Source: the human T2T-CHM13v2.0 reference genome, Homo sapiens. Taken from it: 64,000 nt of DNA. Shown here piece by piece: positions 46,372-60,600 of the stretch. The stretch's first letter is position 1; each line of letters opens with the position of its first letter. Location of the stretch: the NCBI RefSeq assembly GCF_009914755.1, contig NC_060940.1. One strand, given 5' to 3'. Both the position numbers and the translations under genes were made by a program. Below the pieces are notes generated by a model. It was not told the DNA's origin and made no database searches. It worked only from the letters and a program-made list of their open reading frames with translations.

Positions 46372-47394
46372 TACTAAGTAAGCATGTCTCCATGCAAGTG
46401 AGCATAGCATTGAACCCTCAGATGAGGTACAGCAGGCATGGGGTCAGGATGGAGGGTGTGGGGGAAGTGGGGCAGGAAGATATAATTACCTGAGGGTGTG
46501 ACCTTTGTATTACCGGAGTATATGACGGTACCTGAGTGTATTACCTGAGTGTATGACCATCACACTCAGCATTTTCTGTACCATCACATGATCTGCATGA
46601 ACCTGCCCTTCGAAGAGAGTTCTGAGCACATTTTTGCAAGCCCAGTTAGTCTGGGGCTGTTGGCCTGAAGCATCACTTATAATACAGCAGGAGTTAATGA
46701 GCTTTGACTTAAAATTGGTGCTTTACTCCTTTCTGTTCAAAACTGAAGGTATGCTGTTCCTTCTGTTTTTGTAACAAAAGTATGGCATAACATGGCAAAA
46801 CGGAACAAAAGTATAAAATTGTGTAAAATATAAAATAAGCCTTTCTTCACATCCAACCTCCCAACTCTGCCTGAAGCAAAAATTTATAACTTCCTCAGGT
46901 GAATGTTTTTAGACATTCAGTGTACACATTTATGTTACTATGCATATAACACTTCTGTTTTTTTTCTTTATGGAAATGAGAGAAATAAAGCAAAGTTATG
47001 TAACATCTTTTGATCTTTTTTTCATTGAATTTATTTTAGAATTCTGTTGTAACATTGTATTCACATCAATGTTGTATTTTTAATGACTATGCACCATTCC
47101 ATGGAACAAATAAAGCACAGTTTACCTTAAAATTTTTCCTGTCGATAAACACGTAAATTAATTCTTCTCTGCCTAAGTTCATTCCAATTATGAGGTTGGA
47201 TTCTGAATATCAGGGCCATATTGTATCTTCCATTCACTACATCACTTTGGGAAATTGAGTCTTCCCCAGAGTAGAAAGCAAAGCAAGGAATGATAAGGCA
47301 TGGTGGGGAGGGGGGAGACAAAAAACTGGACCCTAGGCACACCCTTCCTCCATGTCCCTTCCATGTCACCATGACCATCAGTGCAGTAATTGAC

Positions 47395-47760
47395 ACAAGG
47401 TGTCTAAAATACTCCATCATGTTTGTTATATACCCATTCCATCTACAACATTTTTACTTTTGTCTTTAAGTTGACTTTTTACTCAAATTTATTTCAAAAA
47501 CAACTTTATATCACCATTGTAACAGCAAACCTGTATCACATGCCATAAATAAACATAATCATAAAAATAAATTCAATGAAAACAAAGCAATGTTATTAAA
47601 TTCTGTCTAGATGCTGTTGCCAGCCAAAGGCTCTAAGAAAGACAGAAGGGGCCTCAGGCCAAGGGAGGTGTTAATCTCCCTTTTTAATACTCACTAAAAA
47701 TTAACGATAAAGTGAGACTTTGTTCTCCATTGTGATAAGGACTGAAAGAGAAAGGAAGAG
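47395..47760. mobile_element. Charlie4-like hAT relic
   Basis: aatgttattaaattctgtctagatgctgttgcc motif as recalled; boundaries approximate. Confidence 0.45.
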
Positions 47761-48102
47761 GTCATGCCTTGGGAAATAACAAACTACCCACTTTCTAAAG
47801 TCTTTCTCAAGCTCCCACTGTTCCTGAATATTTGAGGAATCAAATATTCCTCAATGTTAATTGATTGATGGTAGTTGAGTTTTTGTTAATATTTTCATTA
47901 CTTGAGAATCTTCTAACATGTCAGACATAAGTGAATGCTGAGAAACACACTTTTAAGTTTGTTCAAACCCTTTCTATCTTGCTTATCTCTACAGAAAAAG
48001 AAGCAGCCAATGGCAACACAATTAGGCTCTCGGGCATTTCTCTCTAGAAAGTCCTTCAAGCCTCACCTGTTTACAATGAACACAGACTTAGGGGCTAAAA
48101 TA

Positions 48103-48696
48103 CAGTAAGTCTTCACTTAATATCCTCAAACGGTTCTTGGAAACTGAAACTTTAAGCCAAACAACTTACAATAAAACCAATTTTATTATATCATAGGCCA
48201 ATAGATATCAACAAGACTTAAAAGGTTCCTATGGAATGTTTCCAGTCACAAAACCATCACTAAATGTCTAAAGACCAAAACATCTCTTGTATTAAACACT
48301 GAAATAATTGTGAGTTCTACATACATTTTAAAAAGATTAATAGAAACAAGTAAGATAATAACCTACCCAATTATTCCAGTTCAGGGTTGAGGATGGCAGG
48401 ATTCTAACCTGGCAGTTCAGGGCACCAGGTGGGAACCGCCCAGGACAGGGGGTCATTCCACTGCAGGACACATTCTCACACACATCCACACTAGCTTTGC
48501 AATGGACCATTTAGACACTCCAATTCACATAACAATCATATCGTTGGGATGGGAAAAGTAACCGGAAGGAGAGAAAACCCAGGCATACATGATGAGAACA
48601 TGCAGGCTCCACACAATGGCCCAAGCTGAGAGATTTTTTTTTTTTTCCTCAAACAAAACAATCTTGAATGAAACCAGGTTATTCCGGGACCTGCTG
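48103..48696. mobile_element. MER82 (TcMar-Tigger) DNA transposon
   Basis: cagtaagtcttcacttaa...ggacctgctg with TA TSDs. Confidence 0.8.
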
Positions 48697-50299
48697 TACT
48701 TGGCTGAGGTCCTAGCTCAACTCTTGAGTGGGTCTGTGGCCTTGAGTATAGCACTGCTTTCTCTGGGCCTCGGTCTGCCCTGAAATCGTCAATGGATCCA
48801 TCATCTGGTGCTGTCCCTCTCTACAGAGCACAATCGATTCTCTCTCCTAACTTAAGTGTTGGCCCTCTAGATTGCTTACTGACCACCTTTCTCCTTCCAT
48901 CCTACCCTACTGCTTTGTAGAGAATAGATTGATTTTTTTAAATGTGAATTTGATTATGTCTTTTTGTGTTTAAAATCTTTTGATTGCTTTCCTGTGCAAA
49001 AACAATAAAATCCGAATTCCTGACAGCATCCTACTCAGCTCTACATAATCTGGCCTCTACCACAGAAGCCTTTGAGTTCCTCTTATACATCTAGTTCTTT
49101 CCTACCTCCATCTACCCCAAGGCCTTTGCTACATGCTGGTTTTTATATCTGAATTTCTTTTTCTCCCACATCTGTTCATCCTCTGGCTTTGGGGGTTGAG
49201 GTTGGGGGCATCTGTGTTCAAAATATAAGAAACAGCATGTGAAAATCCCCTCAAGTAGGCATCACTTCTGTCTAACTAACCGTACAAAGTGGTCCATTTA
49301 TGACCATTTCATCTAACATAGACTTCCCCTACTCATTTGTTATTTTCTATCAGCACCCGTTTTGTTTTATTCGCAGCCAATTTCCCATTCTGATGCTTAA
49401 TTTATCAACCTGCTTACATTCTTGCAGAGAAGGAAGAACCAAAAGCAAGTCACCTTTTCATAAGGGCTGGGATCACGTCCACTGCTGAACTGCCAGTATC
49501 CAACACAGGGCCAGGCGTGGGGCAGTTATTTCACACATGTTTACTAAATATTCCAAGGACCCCTTTATGAAACCCAAGGTTCACAATAGCAAAGTCCCCT
49601 AACTCCAGTATTTAACAACCCAACTTTCTGTAAGGTTTCTATGGCTCTCAGAAAACTATCAGTAAAATTTAAAATAAGCTCACATAAGGTGGATGTCTCA
49701 TAAAGTAACTCCTGTCTCCTGCTACCAAACTTGATTCTAAATAAATGAAAGAACAAAAGCAAGGACTAGAAGAAACATATACACAAAAGCATTTTACAAC
49801 TGCCTGCCTTCCTGGTAAAACATGCTGATAAGGACAGGCCTGGTGCTAGTGTACTTTGGGGGACATTATGACTACACATTTCTAACTAGGTCTACTCATT
49901 TGAAAGTGGGCACTTTCATGAAAATGAGCCATAACATATGTTAATTCCTTTCATTTGCAGCAGCTCTTTAGCATAACATGTATGGAGAATGCATATTCCT
50001 GTATTATCCTTCTGTTTACACCAGAATCCTGACAACTAATTGTTCTGGTAACACCTTATGCCTTGATCAAAAATGTGACACTATTAAAGGGTTAGCAAAA
50101 TTGGCTTGCTAGGATGAAAATAAAAAAATGCTTGCAAGATTTAGGAAGAAATAGCAATTAATTCATTGATTTTATCGCAAAAAACTTTATTAGGCCAAAT
50201 CCCTTCTTTGAAAATGTTACTTTGAAGAGAAGAGTATAAAACAATGTCTTAGTCTACATATTTATTATGCTTTTTTCAAGAAGACATAAAATGGTGCTA

Positions 50300-50706
<407 letters not shown>

Positions 50707-51020
50707 CTAAATATTCAACTATATAATTAGCTTAATATCACAGAATGTGTCCAATAAGAACACTTAAGAATACATTGCTTCAAATCAAAATTAAATCAAA
50801 TCAAAATTAAATCAACTAAATCAATGCATTCTAAAATATAGAAATAAACAATGAGCAATTTTTAATTTTAGCACTTAAGTAGAGAGAAGGCTAGAATTCT
50901 AAAACAACCACTTCATGCAAAGCCCTGCACTAGAACCTTTACATGCATTAACTCATTTATTAGCTAAAGCAACCATGAAAAATATGAGAGGATAATTTCA
51001 CTTTAAAGAAGAGGAACATG

Positions 51021-51310
51021 GGCCAGGCATGGTGGCTCACACCTGTAATCCCAACACTTTGGGAGGCCAACACGGGAGGACACCTGAGGCCAGGAGTTCA
51101 AGACCAGCCTGAGCAACACAGCAAAACCCCCTCTCTAGAAGAAAAAAAAATAGCCAAGTGTGGTGGCACACACTTGTGGTCTCAGCTACTCAGGAGGCTG
51201 GGACGGGAAGATCCCTTGAGCCCAGGAGTCCGAGGCTGCAGTAAGATATGGCTGTGCCACTGCACTCCAGATAGGGGAATAGAGTAAGATCCTGTCCCTA
51301 AAAAATAAAG
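51021..51310 (+). mobile_element. AluJ
   Basis: Dimeric Alu; TSD-like agaagaggaa. Confidence 0.9.
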
Positions 51311-51530
51311 AGAAGAGGAATGGCCATCTTAGAAGAGATAAAATACTAGTTAAGTCATACAGTTTGTAAAAGGTAGACATGCCAACATATCCCATGTATG
51401 GATGATTGCAAATAGTGTGTAGGTTTTATTTCTCTCTTTCCAATACCACCACATTTCCTCCCAATGTGTTAATGCCGATAATTAGTAACCAAGTGAAAAA
51501 TCTCATGCTGGGATTAAAATATTCTTATTG

Positions 51531-51865
51531 CAGGTTGAGTGTCCCTTATCTGAAATGCTTAGCACCAGGAGGATTTGGGATTTCTTTATAAATAATTTGG
51601 AATATTTGCATATACATACAGAGCTATCTTGGGGATGGAAACAAAGTCTAAACAGGAAATTCATTTATGTTTCATGTACATCATATACATGTAGCCAGAA
51701 GACAATTTTATACAAGATTTTAAATAATTTTTGATGAAACAGAGTTGTGACTGTGACTGAGGTCAGGGGTGGAATTTTCCACTTATGGCATTATGTCCTC
51801 TCTCAAAGTTTCAGATTTTGAAGGCTTTTGGATTTGGGATTTTCAGATTAGGGATGCTCAATCTG
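51531..51865. mobile_element. Tigger4/Zombi (MER46-type) DNA transposon
   Basis: TIRs caggttgagtgtcccttatctgaaa / tttcagattagggatgctcaatctg. Confidence 0.85.
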
Positions 51866-51898
51866 TACTTATACGACAGTTGAATTTAAATTGAGATT

Positions 51899-52282
<384 letters not shown>

Positions 52283-54519
52283 TGATCCACTTCCAAAAAA
52301 TTACAAATGAATAGAAATTTATGCACATGACTCAAAAACTACTCTGTGAGAAAGAATGAAACAGGTTAAGTATCTGAAGGTTTTTCCTCCTCCTTTCATT
52401 CACCCTCGTCTATTGAGTGATGTGTCAAGTTTTTCCCACTCTTTCACTGCAATCTTACAGCTTAGGTAATTATGCCCATTCTAAAGGTGATAAAGGTTCT
52501 CTCAAAAGCTGTGAGACCTAGGACAGGTAAAGGGCACAATGGTGAGTCAAATCCAGTGTTACCTGGCTGCAATCACAATCCTCTCCATCTCCAAGTCTTT
52601 ATCCTCCCTTCCCTTGTAAGCAGAGTATAAAATAACACTATCAAATAAGCAGAATCGATGAAAGAAAAGCCTAGCTTTTAGTATAAAAACTACCATTTAA
52701 CATTATCTGAATAGACTTTCTGCAGCTTAATTTAATAAATGAGGCATCGTTTTTTAGACTCCAAGCATAATAAACTCTCATTTGCATTGACTGGATTCAT
52801 AAATTCATGCTGTTAAAAACCTGTTTCTGTCAGGGTTGGCCCAGGCCCCCACAGCTTTCACTCACATTCCAATTCTAAGCGGCAGGAGGGAGTTTGCCGA
52901 TCACAAGCATCAGCTATCATTAGTTCATTTCCTTTAGTGCTGCTTGAGAAAGCGGCGTGAAGCCTGACAAGGTGCAGGCAGCTCATCTAAAACAAGTTCT
53001 CCACTGCTCCCAGAAAGGGTGAGGACATCTCCCAATTTCCCTTTACTGCATATGGATTATTTTTTCTTGGCAAAAGACCATAGCAGAATGCTCAGAGTCC
53101 AAGATTCTTGAGATGCACAGATCTAGGGTTTGGATTTACACAAAAAGGAGCTGAAATAAAACCTTCTCAGTCAGAGCTTCATGTTTAAGGAGAAACAGAA
53201 ATAAAAGCGATGGTGTTGGTATGTGTTAAAAAGCCCTATCTCTTTCCCCTTATATGGGCAATAATGATCTGAATGACTCAAAACAAATAGAACTCCCGGT
53301 TCTCAGAGTAAGTGCTGTGGAGTGAGGATGGGCATCTGACAGTGAGAATTCTCAGAACTTCGGGAACATAACCAGAAACAAGCACAGAAAACCACTTCAG
53401 AAAGCTAACTCCAATGGCAGACCCATCATTGAACGGATTCAGTGTAGATTGAATCTTCCCTTTCTGAATCTTTCTTGGCACGTAGCTGGTTTCTTGAATA
53501 GTGCTTACATTTTATTTTGAAATCCATGACAGAATATCCAGAGTGCAGAGAAGCCCTACATGGGCTTATCTATGGAATGTATTAAATAACTTCCGATGCC
53601 TCTCCCAGCTCTAACAGACTATTTCGGTCAGTATCAGACAATCATCCAAATATGATCATTTATCTATATAAAGAGATATTAGATATTATATTATTTGCCA
53701 ATGCATTTCATTCATCAATTTAACAAAGATTTACTGACCATCTGATAGATTCACTGTGTACTGGACAACCGGTGGAATAAGATGTGTATAGTCTCATTCC
53801 TGATCCCCTTACTAAATATTGCATTCCCCTTAAGTGTAGTGGCATGAAAATAAATCCAGTGTATGGAAGTAGTTCCCAGGACTGTGATATGAGAGCATCA
53901 ATCAAGCATGAGCCCATCTTCTAAACAACAATGCTTAGACCCAGAGATAGGTGTGTGACTCAAAGCCACCAATGAAGATGCTTCTTCCCTTGGGGTTGCT
54001 ATGTGAATGCTGAAAAAGAAATCTGTTCTCTTAGTTTGAAATACTATAATAATGGTAACCTCCTTCGCTGCTATGTGCTAGGCCAGCTGCTCAGGACTTC
54101 ACACATAGTATCTCTGATCTTCAATATATGTCTTAAAGGCATCTATTATTAGCTCTATATTAAACATGCTCCACAATATACATTACTTTCTACAAGGTCA
54201 CCCCATTATTAAAATTGGGATGCTGAACTTTTACCTAAGTTAGTAAGATGCCATAATCCATGTACTCTGCATTACACCAAGATAACTTGAGCTTAATGTG
54301 CTGATGTAGAAGTCTAGGTAGAAACATTAGCCATGTGATTTAGAAACTTAAAAAAAGAGACTTAGTTTAGAGACACATATTTGTATGTCAGCATGATCCA
54401 AGTGATATCCAAACTCAAGGGAAAAATAAGAGAAGAAAATGAAGCAGAAAAATTTAGAGAAAGTTTCTGTTCATAAGTAGAAGTTAAATAAAAGTCATTA
54501 AAGGCATAGAAAAATGGGA

Positions 54520-54640
54520 AACTTGATAATGGTAATTTTTTGACAATGTATATGTGTATCAAAATGTTACATTGTACGCCTTAAAAATATATAATTTTTA
54601 TTTGTCAATTATACATAAATAAAGCTGAAAAAAATAAAAG
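54520..54640 (+). mobile_element. Old L1M (L1MA/MB) 3' end
   Basis: tatcaaaatgttacattgtac...tttatttgtcaattatac..aataaagctg + A tail. Confidence 0.7.
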
Positions 54641-54655
54641 AAAAATGAGGAACTC

Positions 54656-55984
54656 TGTGAGAAAATAAATAACTATTTTCCCTATTCTGCTCTCATGACA
54701 CAGAACGCTTCTGTGACCAAATGCATGGGGGATTTTCCCCACCCCAAACAAGCAATCAATTCTACAGATTCTGCATCAGGCACCAGCTGGGTGCCTTCTA
54801 ATTCAACTTAGTTCTGACACCGTCTCCCTGGAGATAGCATCAGACCCCACAGGTTGAGGGCTGAGTCCCACAAGACTGGCCCCTGTCAGGCCTCTGAGCC
54901 CAAGCCAAGCCATCGCATCCCCTATGACTTGCACGTATACATCCAGATGGCCTAAAGTAACTGAAGATCCACAAAAGAAGTAAAAACAGCCTTAACTGAT
55001 GACATTCCACCATTGTGATTTGTTCCTTCCCCACCCTAACTGATCAATGTACTTTGTAATCTCCCCCACCCTTAAGAAGGTACTTTGTAATCTCCCCCAT
55101 CCTTAAGAAGGTACTTTGTAATCTCCCCCACCCTTAAGAAGGTTCTTTGTAATTCTCCCCACCCTTGAGAATGTACTTTGTGAGATCCACCCTGCCCGCA
55201 AAACATTGCTCTTAACTTCACCGCCTATCCCAAAACTTATAAGAACTGATAATAATCCACCACCCTTTGCTGACTCTCTTTTCGGACTCAGCCCACCTGC
55301 ACCCAGGTGAAATAAACAGCTTTATTGCTCACACAAAGCCTGTTTGGTGGTGTCTTCACACGGACGTGCATGAACGCCCCCACTTCAGATGTCAGTCACA
55401 ATCCCCAGGCTGTTTTATCTGTGCTTCTGATTGACAGGCTGTATATAAAGATTCCCATGAGCCCCTCCTTGGGTTGATAAATTTGATAGAGCAGCTCACA
55501 GAACTCCAGGAAACTACATTTTCTGGTTTAATAGAATATTTTTAAAAGATACCAATGTACATCAGATGGAAGAGAAGCACAGAGCAAGGGAGGTGGGAAT
55601 GGTTGCATACAGAGCTTCCCTGCCCTCTCTGGGCACGCCACCCTGCAGGAACCTCCATGTGTTCAGCTCTCTGGAAGCTCTCCAAATTCAGTTCTTTTGA
55701 ATTTTTATGGAAGCTTCATGACATAGGTATGATTGATGAAATCACTGGCCGTTGGTGATCAACTTAGCCTTCAGCCCCTCTTCCCTCCCTGGAGTTTGGA
55801 GGGTGGGGTTGAAATGCCTCTGTCTTTCCTGTGACCAGCTCCCACGCTAGAGCTGCATAAGAGCTGCCAGCCACCAGTCAACTCATTAGCATACAAAAAG
55901 ACGTCACTTTGGAGATTTCAAGGAGTTTAACTGTATGCCAGGAAATGAGGATGAAGATCAAGTATATATTTTACAATATCATCA
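54656..55984 (-). mobile_element. MER21 LTR split by LTR7
   Basis: ctggagatagcatcagaccccacaggttgagggct... resumes after LTR7 as ccccacttcagatg; ends tatattttacaatatc. Confidence 0.85.
54884..55375 (+). mobile_element. HERV-H solo LTR (LTR7B/LTR7Y type)
   Basis: tgtcaggcctctgagcccaagc start; aataaa; end cacacggacgtgcatgaac; 5-bp TSD gcccc (54879-54883 / 55376-55380). Confidence 0.95.
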
Positions 55985-56086
55985 AAACAAAGCAGTAAGA
56001 ATTGAAAAAAATTTGAATCTCTAAGCCAAGAAAGAAACTCGAAGATTGGAGTGTATCAACGTAAGAAAAAAATAAACAAAACTTGT

Positions 56087-56441
56087 AGATATGGCTTGGT
56101 TGTGTACTGACCCAAATCTTACCTTGAATTGTAATAATCCCCACGTGTCAGGGTGGGGCCAGGTGGAGACAATTGAATCATGGGGGCAGTTTCCCCTATA
56201 CTGTTCCCATGGTAGTGAATAAGTCTCATGAGATCTAATGATTTTATAAATAAGAGTTCCCCTGCACAAGCTCTCTTGCCTGCCACCATGTAAGATGTGA
56301 CTTTGCTCCTCCCTTGCCCTTTGCCATGATTGTGAGGCCTCCCGAGAAATGTGGAACTGTGAGTTAATTAAACCTCTCTCCTTTATAAATTATCCAGTCT
56401 TGCATATGTCTTTATTAGCAGCATGAGAACAGACTAATACA
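56087..56441 (+). mobile_element. THE1 (C/D-like) MaLR solo LTR
   Basis: gatatgg..cccaaatct..ttgaattgt...gagaacagactaataca; TSD cttgt / cttct. Confidence 0.92.
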
Positions 56442-56667
56442 CTTCTCAACTCCCTGAGGAGTGTTGTGCAAGAAACTCCTATTTTTGTAGTTAGGTGGGT
56501 TTTGAATGGGGTAGTGTAATCATCTTGTATTACTCCTAAGGGAAATGGCAGGGCCAGTGAAAAGTTGGATAGAGTCGTGTTGAGATCTACTGTGTAGCTA
56601 GAATGCATGTACCTCTCTTCTTCTCTTAGCAAGAAAAATTGTCTTTTTTTTTCTGGGAACACATTGT

Positions 56668-56669
<2 letters not shown>

Positions 56670-56715
<46 letters not shown>
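56670..56715. repeat. (TG)n microsatellite
   Basis: Seen directly. Confidence 0.95.
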
Positions 56716-56717
<2 letters not shown>

Positions 56718-57140
56718 AATTGGGCCTGGTTCCCAGAGTTTTCAGAATAACCTTCTCCATGAAAATGTAATTGGACCATGAGCAGGAATATGACCCAATC
56801 AAGGCTAATCAAAATCTTTCCATGGAATGACCTAAGAATGCTAGGTAATAATGGACCTAATTTTTCCTATTGTCTTTTGAGTTTGAAAGAGCAGTTGATC
56901 CTGTAGGTGCCAGCAACTATTTTACCCAGGTTCTTAAAAGAAGCAGTCTGCATAATGATCTCCACTCAGAGAGAAAAGCATAACCATTACATAGAGAAAA
57001 ATGCAAAGCTCAGTTAAGGTTTTTATAAGCTTTTACAAACAGAGTTGATTCTGACTTCAAAAGCTACTTTCTCCAAGTAACAGAAAATTCAAGTCTAAAT
57101 AGCTGAAAATACAAAAGTAATTCTGAGGCTTAGATAACTA

Positions 57141-57622
57141 CAGCTGACCCTTGAACAACATGGATTGGAGTTGCAGGGGTCCACTTATACTCTGATTTTT
57201 TTCAATAAATGTTTCACCCACCGAGTGTAACTCTCTGCCTCCCCTTCTACCTCTTCTGACTCTGCCACCCACAAGACAGCAAGAATAACTTGTCTTCCTC
57301 CTCATTCTCAGCCTTCTCAACTGAGGATGATGAGGATAAAATCTTTATGATCATCCACTTCCACTTAATGAATAGTAAATAGATTTTCTCTTCCTTCTGA
57401 TTTTCTTAATAACATTTTCTTTTCTGTAGCTTGCCTTATTGTAAGAATGCAGTATGTAATACCTATGACATATGAAATACGTGTTAATCAACTATTTATG
57501 TTATTGGTAAGACTTCCAGTCAAGAATAGGCACTTGTTTGCAGGAAGTCAAAAGCTGCATGTAAATTTTGCATTGTGTGAGGGTCTATGCCCCTAACTCC
57601 TGCAGTGTTAAAAGGTCAACTG
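57141..57622. mobile_element. Tigger2a (MER28)-like, opposite orientation to the 45937 copy
   Basis: TIRs cagctgacccttgaaca / ttaaaaggtcaactg; interior is the reverse complement of the 45937-46371 element. Confidence 0.85.
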
Positions 57623-60600
57623 TGTACGGCTCTTCAGAGTCCTGAATCAGGTGCATGTGGTTATCTGGACATCTTCCCAACTCTTGTTCACAACACAGAG
57701 CCCATGGCTTAATAAAACCACATGCACAGTAATGCAAAGGAATCATCCACAAGATGCAAAGAAACCTGGACCGAAAAGGAAAACAAAGTCATGAAAATAG
57801 ATAAACCAGAGATGTCATATCCTGAAGGATGATCTAAAGAAAAGACCCACAACTTCTGGGTCAGTCTCCAGTTACCGATTAAATTGCCTCAATATTTATA
57901 ATTTGCAAATCGATATCCAGTCATTCTACACTGACTTAACACTTTTCCAAGAACTACATGTAACCTCATGTTCCCATCTCAAATAATTGAAATGCACCTT
58001 AGTTCACATGCTTCCCTTAGACTTGTCCATCAGGTTTGCGTCGTCAGACTCATCATCTAGTGATCACTAACCCTGTGCCTACAATAAACCTTTTGAATGT
58101 ATGAACAACCTCAAGAGTTTTATAGTGTAGGTCTGATTAGTCCCATTCTGAAATAAATAATCTGAGGCTAGAAAGAGTAATAACTTGACCAATGCATCTA
58201 GAAATGGGTCTGACATTTGTCTGTAATAACCCAAAAGGCTATGAACAGCAGAAACATATAAAGAAATACATTAATAAAGTGAAAAAATATATTTAGTGTT
58301 CTATGGAAAAAAAAGCTTTTGGAAAAGGATAAAGGCATATGATGAGTTTCAGTAGACATCTGTTAGATTGTGGAATATTTTATTAAGTGAACACAGGCAT
58401 CCTGAACTATGCTGGTCTTACCATGCAAATGGGAATGGGTACCAACCTGTGTCAGGGAAGAGGGGTTTGAATATATAACAGCATCTGGTTTATTCTGCTA
58501 AGCCTAGCAATGCAGGGTGCAGCTGGCTCACATAAATGAGGCACTAATGTAAGCAGGGATGCAATGAGTGCCATGAAATCCAAGACATCCAGTTCTGAAT
58601 GTTTTGAAACACTTGGAACATTATTTGGCACTGTTATTGTTGGTATCACAGCCTTTGGGAAGCCTAGAAACAGACTCAAAAGAAAGGAAATTGTAGATAT
58701 CCTTAGATTTTTTAGAAACTTCCAAAACAAACAATAAACTAGATAGCATAGAAAATATAGAAACCGCATCACAGCGAAGTATTCTCTGCATATTTTGTTT
58801 CAGCGTCTTAAGTGGTACCGTTTTCATGGGCAGTAATTCTAGGAGCTATGACATCCAAGATCGTAATACCCAGCAGATCTGAGATTGGAGTGAGAGCTCT
58901 CAATCCCAATTCCATCTACTTGGGCAGATGGCAAAGTGCACAGAATTTCTCCAAGTCCCCTAGTCCTCAGTGCCCCATCAGCACATTGATTTCCTGATAA
59001 GAACATATGGAAGGTTTGGGGAGAAAAGCAAGGTTTTGTATTTTTACACTGAATGTGTTGACAATAAGTTTATGATTCTTTCTGACATGACCTTTAGAGT
59101 AATGAATGAATGCTTGTAGGATGACTCTCTTTATAGGAAAAAAGATGTGTATGACCTGAAAATAATAAAAGATGTCAAGTGTATTGAAGTGTGGTACAAA
59201 GAATTTCATTTTATCCTCACAAAAGCAGAAGACAGTCTCAAGAAGCCATAAATCTCCTTGTCTTCCTTTACATCATCAAGGTTCAGTAATGGTCCATGGG
59301 GTTAGGAAGAAAGTGCCACTGACATTGAAAGAAAGAAAGGAAGAAAGAAAAAAACCGAAAGAGAGAGAGAGAAATGTGAGCATCCTCCTGCCAAGAGAAA
59401 GGCTGCTCAGGATTTTGACATTGGAAATCCAAAGGAGGAAATCAATATTGTCAGATATAGAATGGTGGGGTTTAATTCAAGCTCCACCTACTACCCAGAT
59501 TTAGAACTCTGCTCTTCATGTCTCTGTCAGTCAAATGATGGCAAAGATTATTTCATTTAGGAGGTCTAGTGTATGCCATAGGCTAAGCACAGGGACTGCC
59601 ATGTAGTATGTAACTTATAAGGAGCACCAATGGTGAAACTAAGTGGGATGTAAATTTTAAAAATGATTAAATAGCAGGAATACAATAGTTTGATAAAAAA
59701 ATCTATCATTTGTTTGATATTTGCAAATTTTAAAAACATTTTCATTGTAGTAAATAGTGGTTATAAATAACTGAATTCACACATAATTGTTTATTGGTTC
59801 AGTGTTCAACAATAGTAGAAAAGATAGATCTGATCCTACACTTACAAAACTGTCCTTTTAAGGATATTCTGTTTTTAAGGGGAAAATGATAGGGCTCTAG
59901 AAAACTGAACTCCTCAAGGTCACAAGGCTTGTAAGTGGAAGGACAAAAACATCTAGCCAATGTCCTATGATTTCCATAAGGTTTATGTGCCTACCCAGCT
60001 CCACTGAGTGCATGACAGTAAGATAAAGGAGCTCCAGCAGATGCCTGGACTTTAAAGACAATGAGAAATTTGAAATGTGAGTTTTAAAAGCTATAGTTTT
60101 CCTTTAACAAATGCAGACAAGAACTAACATAAACATAATTGACTGAAGAGTCAATCTACTGCAGTGCCTGAAAAAAATAACACTCCTTTTCTACTAAAGG
60201 CTGCACTGGTAATCCTATGCTTAAGACTTGACTGAAAGTTCCTCAGAGAAAATGCTCTAGCAAAATGTACTGCATACAAAACTTAACACAGGCTTTTATT
60301 AGCTGTGCAAATTTGGAGAGGTTGCTTAAACTCTCTGACTCTTAGCTTGCAAAGCAGAAATGAAAAACATTCTGTAAATGTTTCTGTAGTAACACATACA
60401 AAATAGCCCTTCAGTACATATAGCTATATTTCAATTGCACATAATTTATTTTAGGAATAGCCCAGGTTGATTTTATAGTAGATCTTCCTCCCTCTCTCTT
60501 TCTCGACTGTTCAGTTTCTGAGCCTTCTGATATCTTGGCAAGCCACCACCACTGATGAGTTCAGGTGGGAATTCTAGACCACCAGGAGGAATGAGTACTG

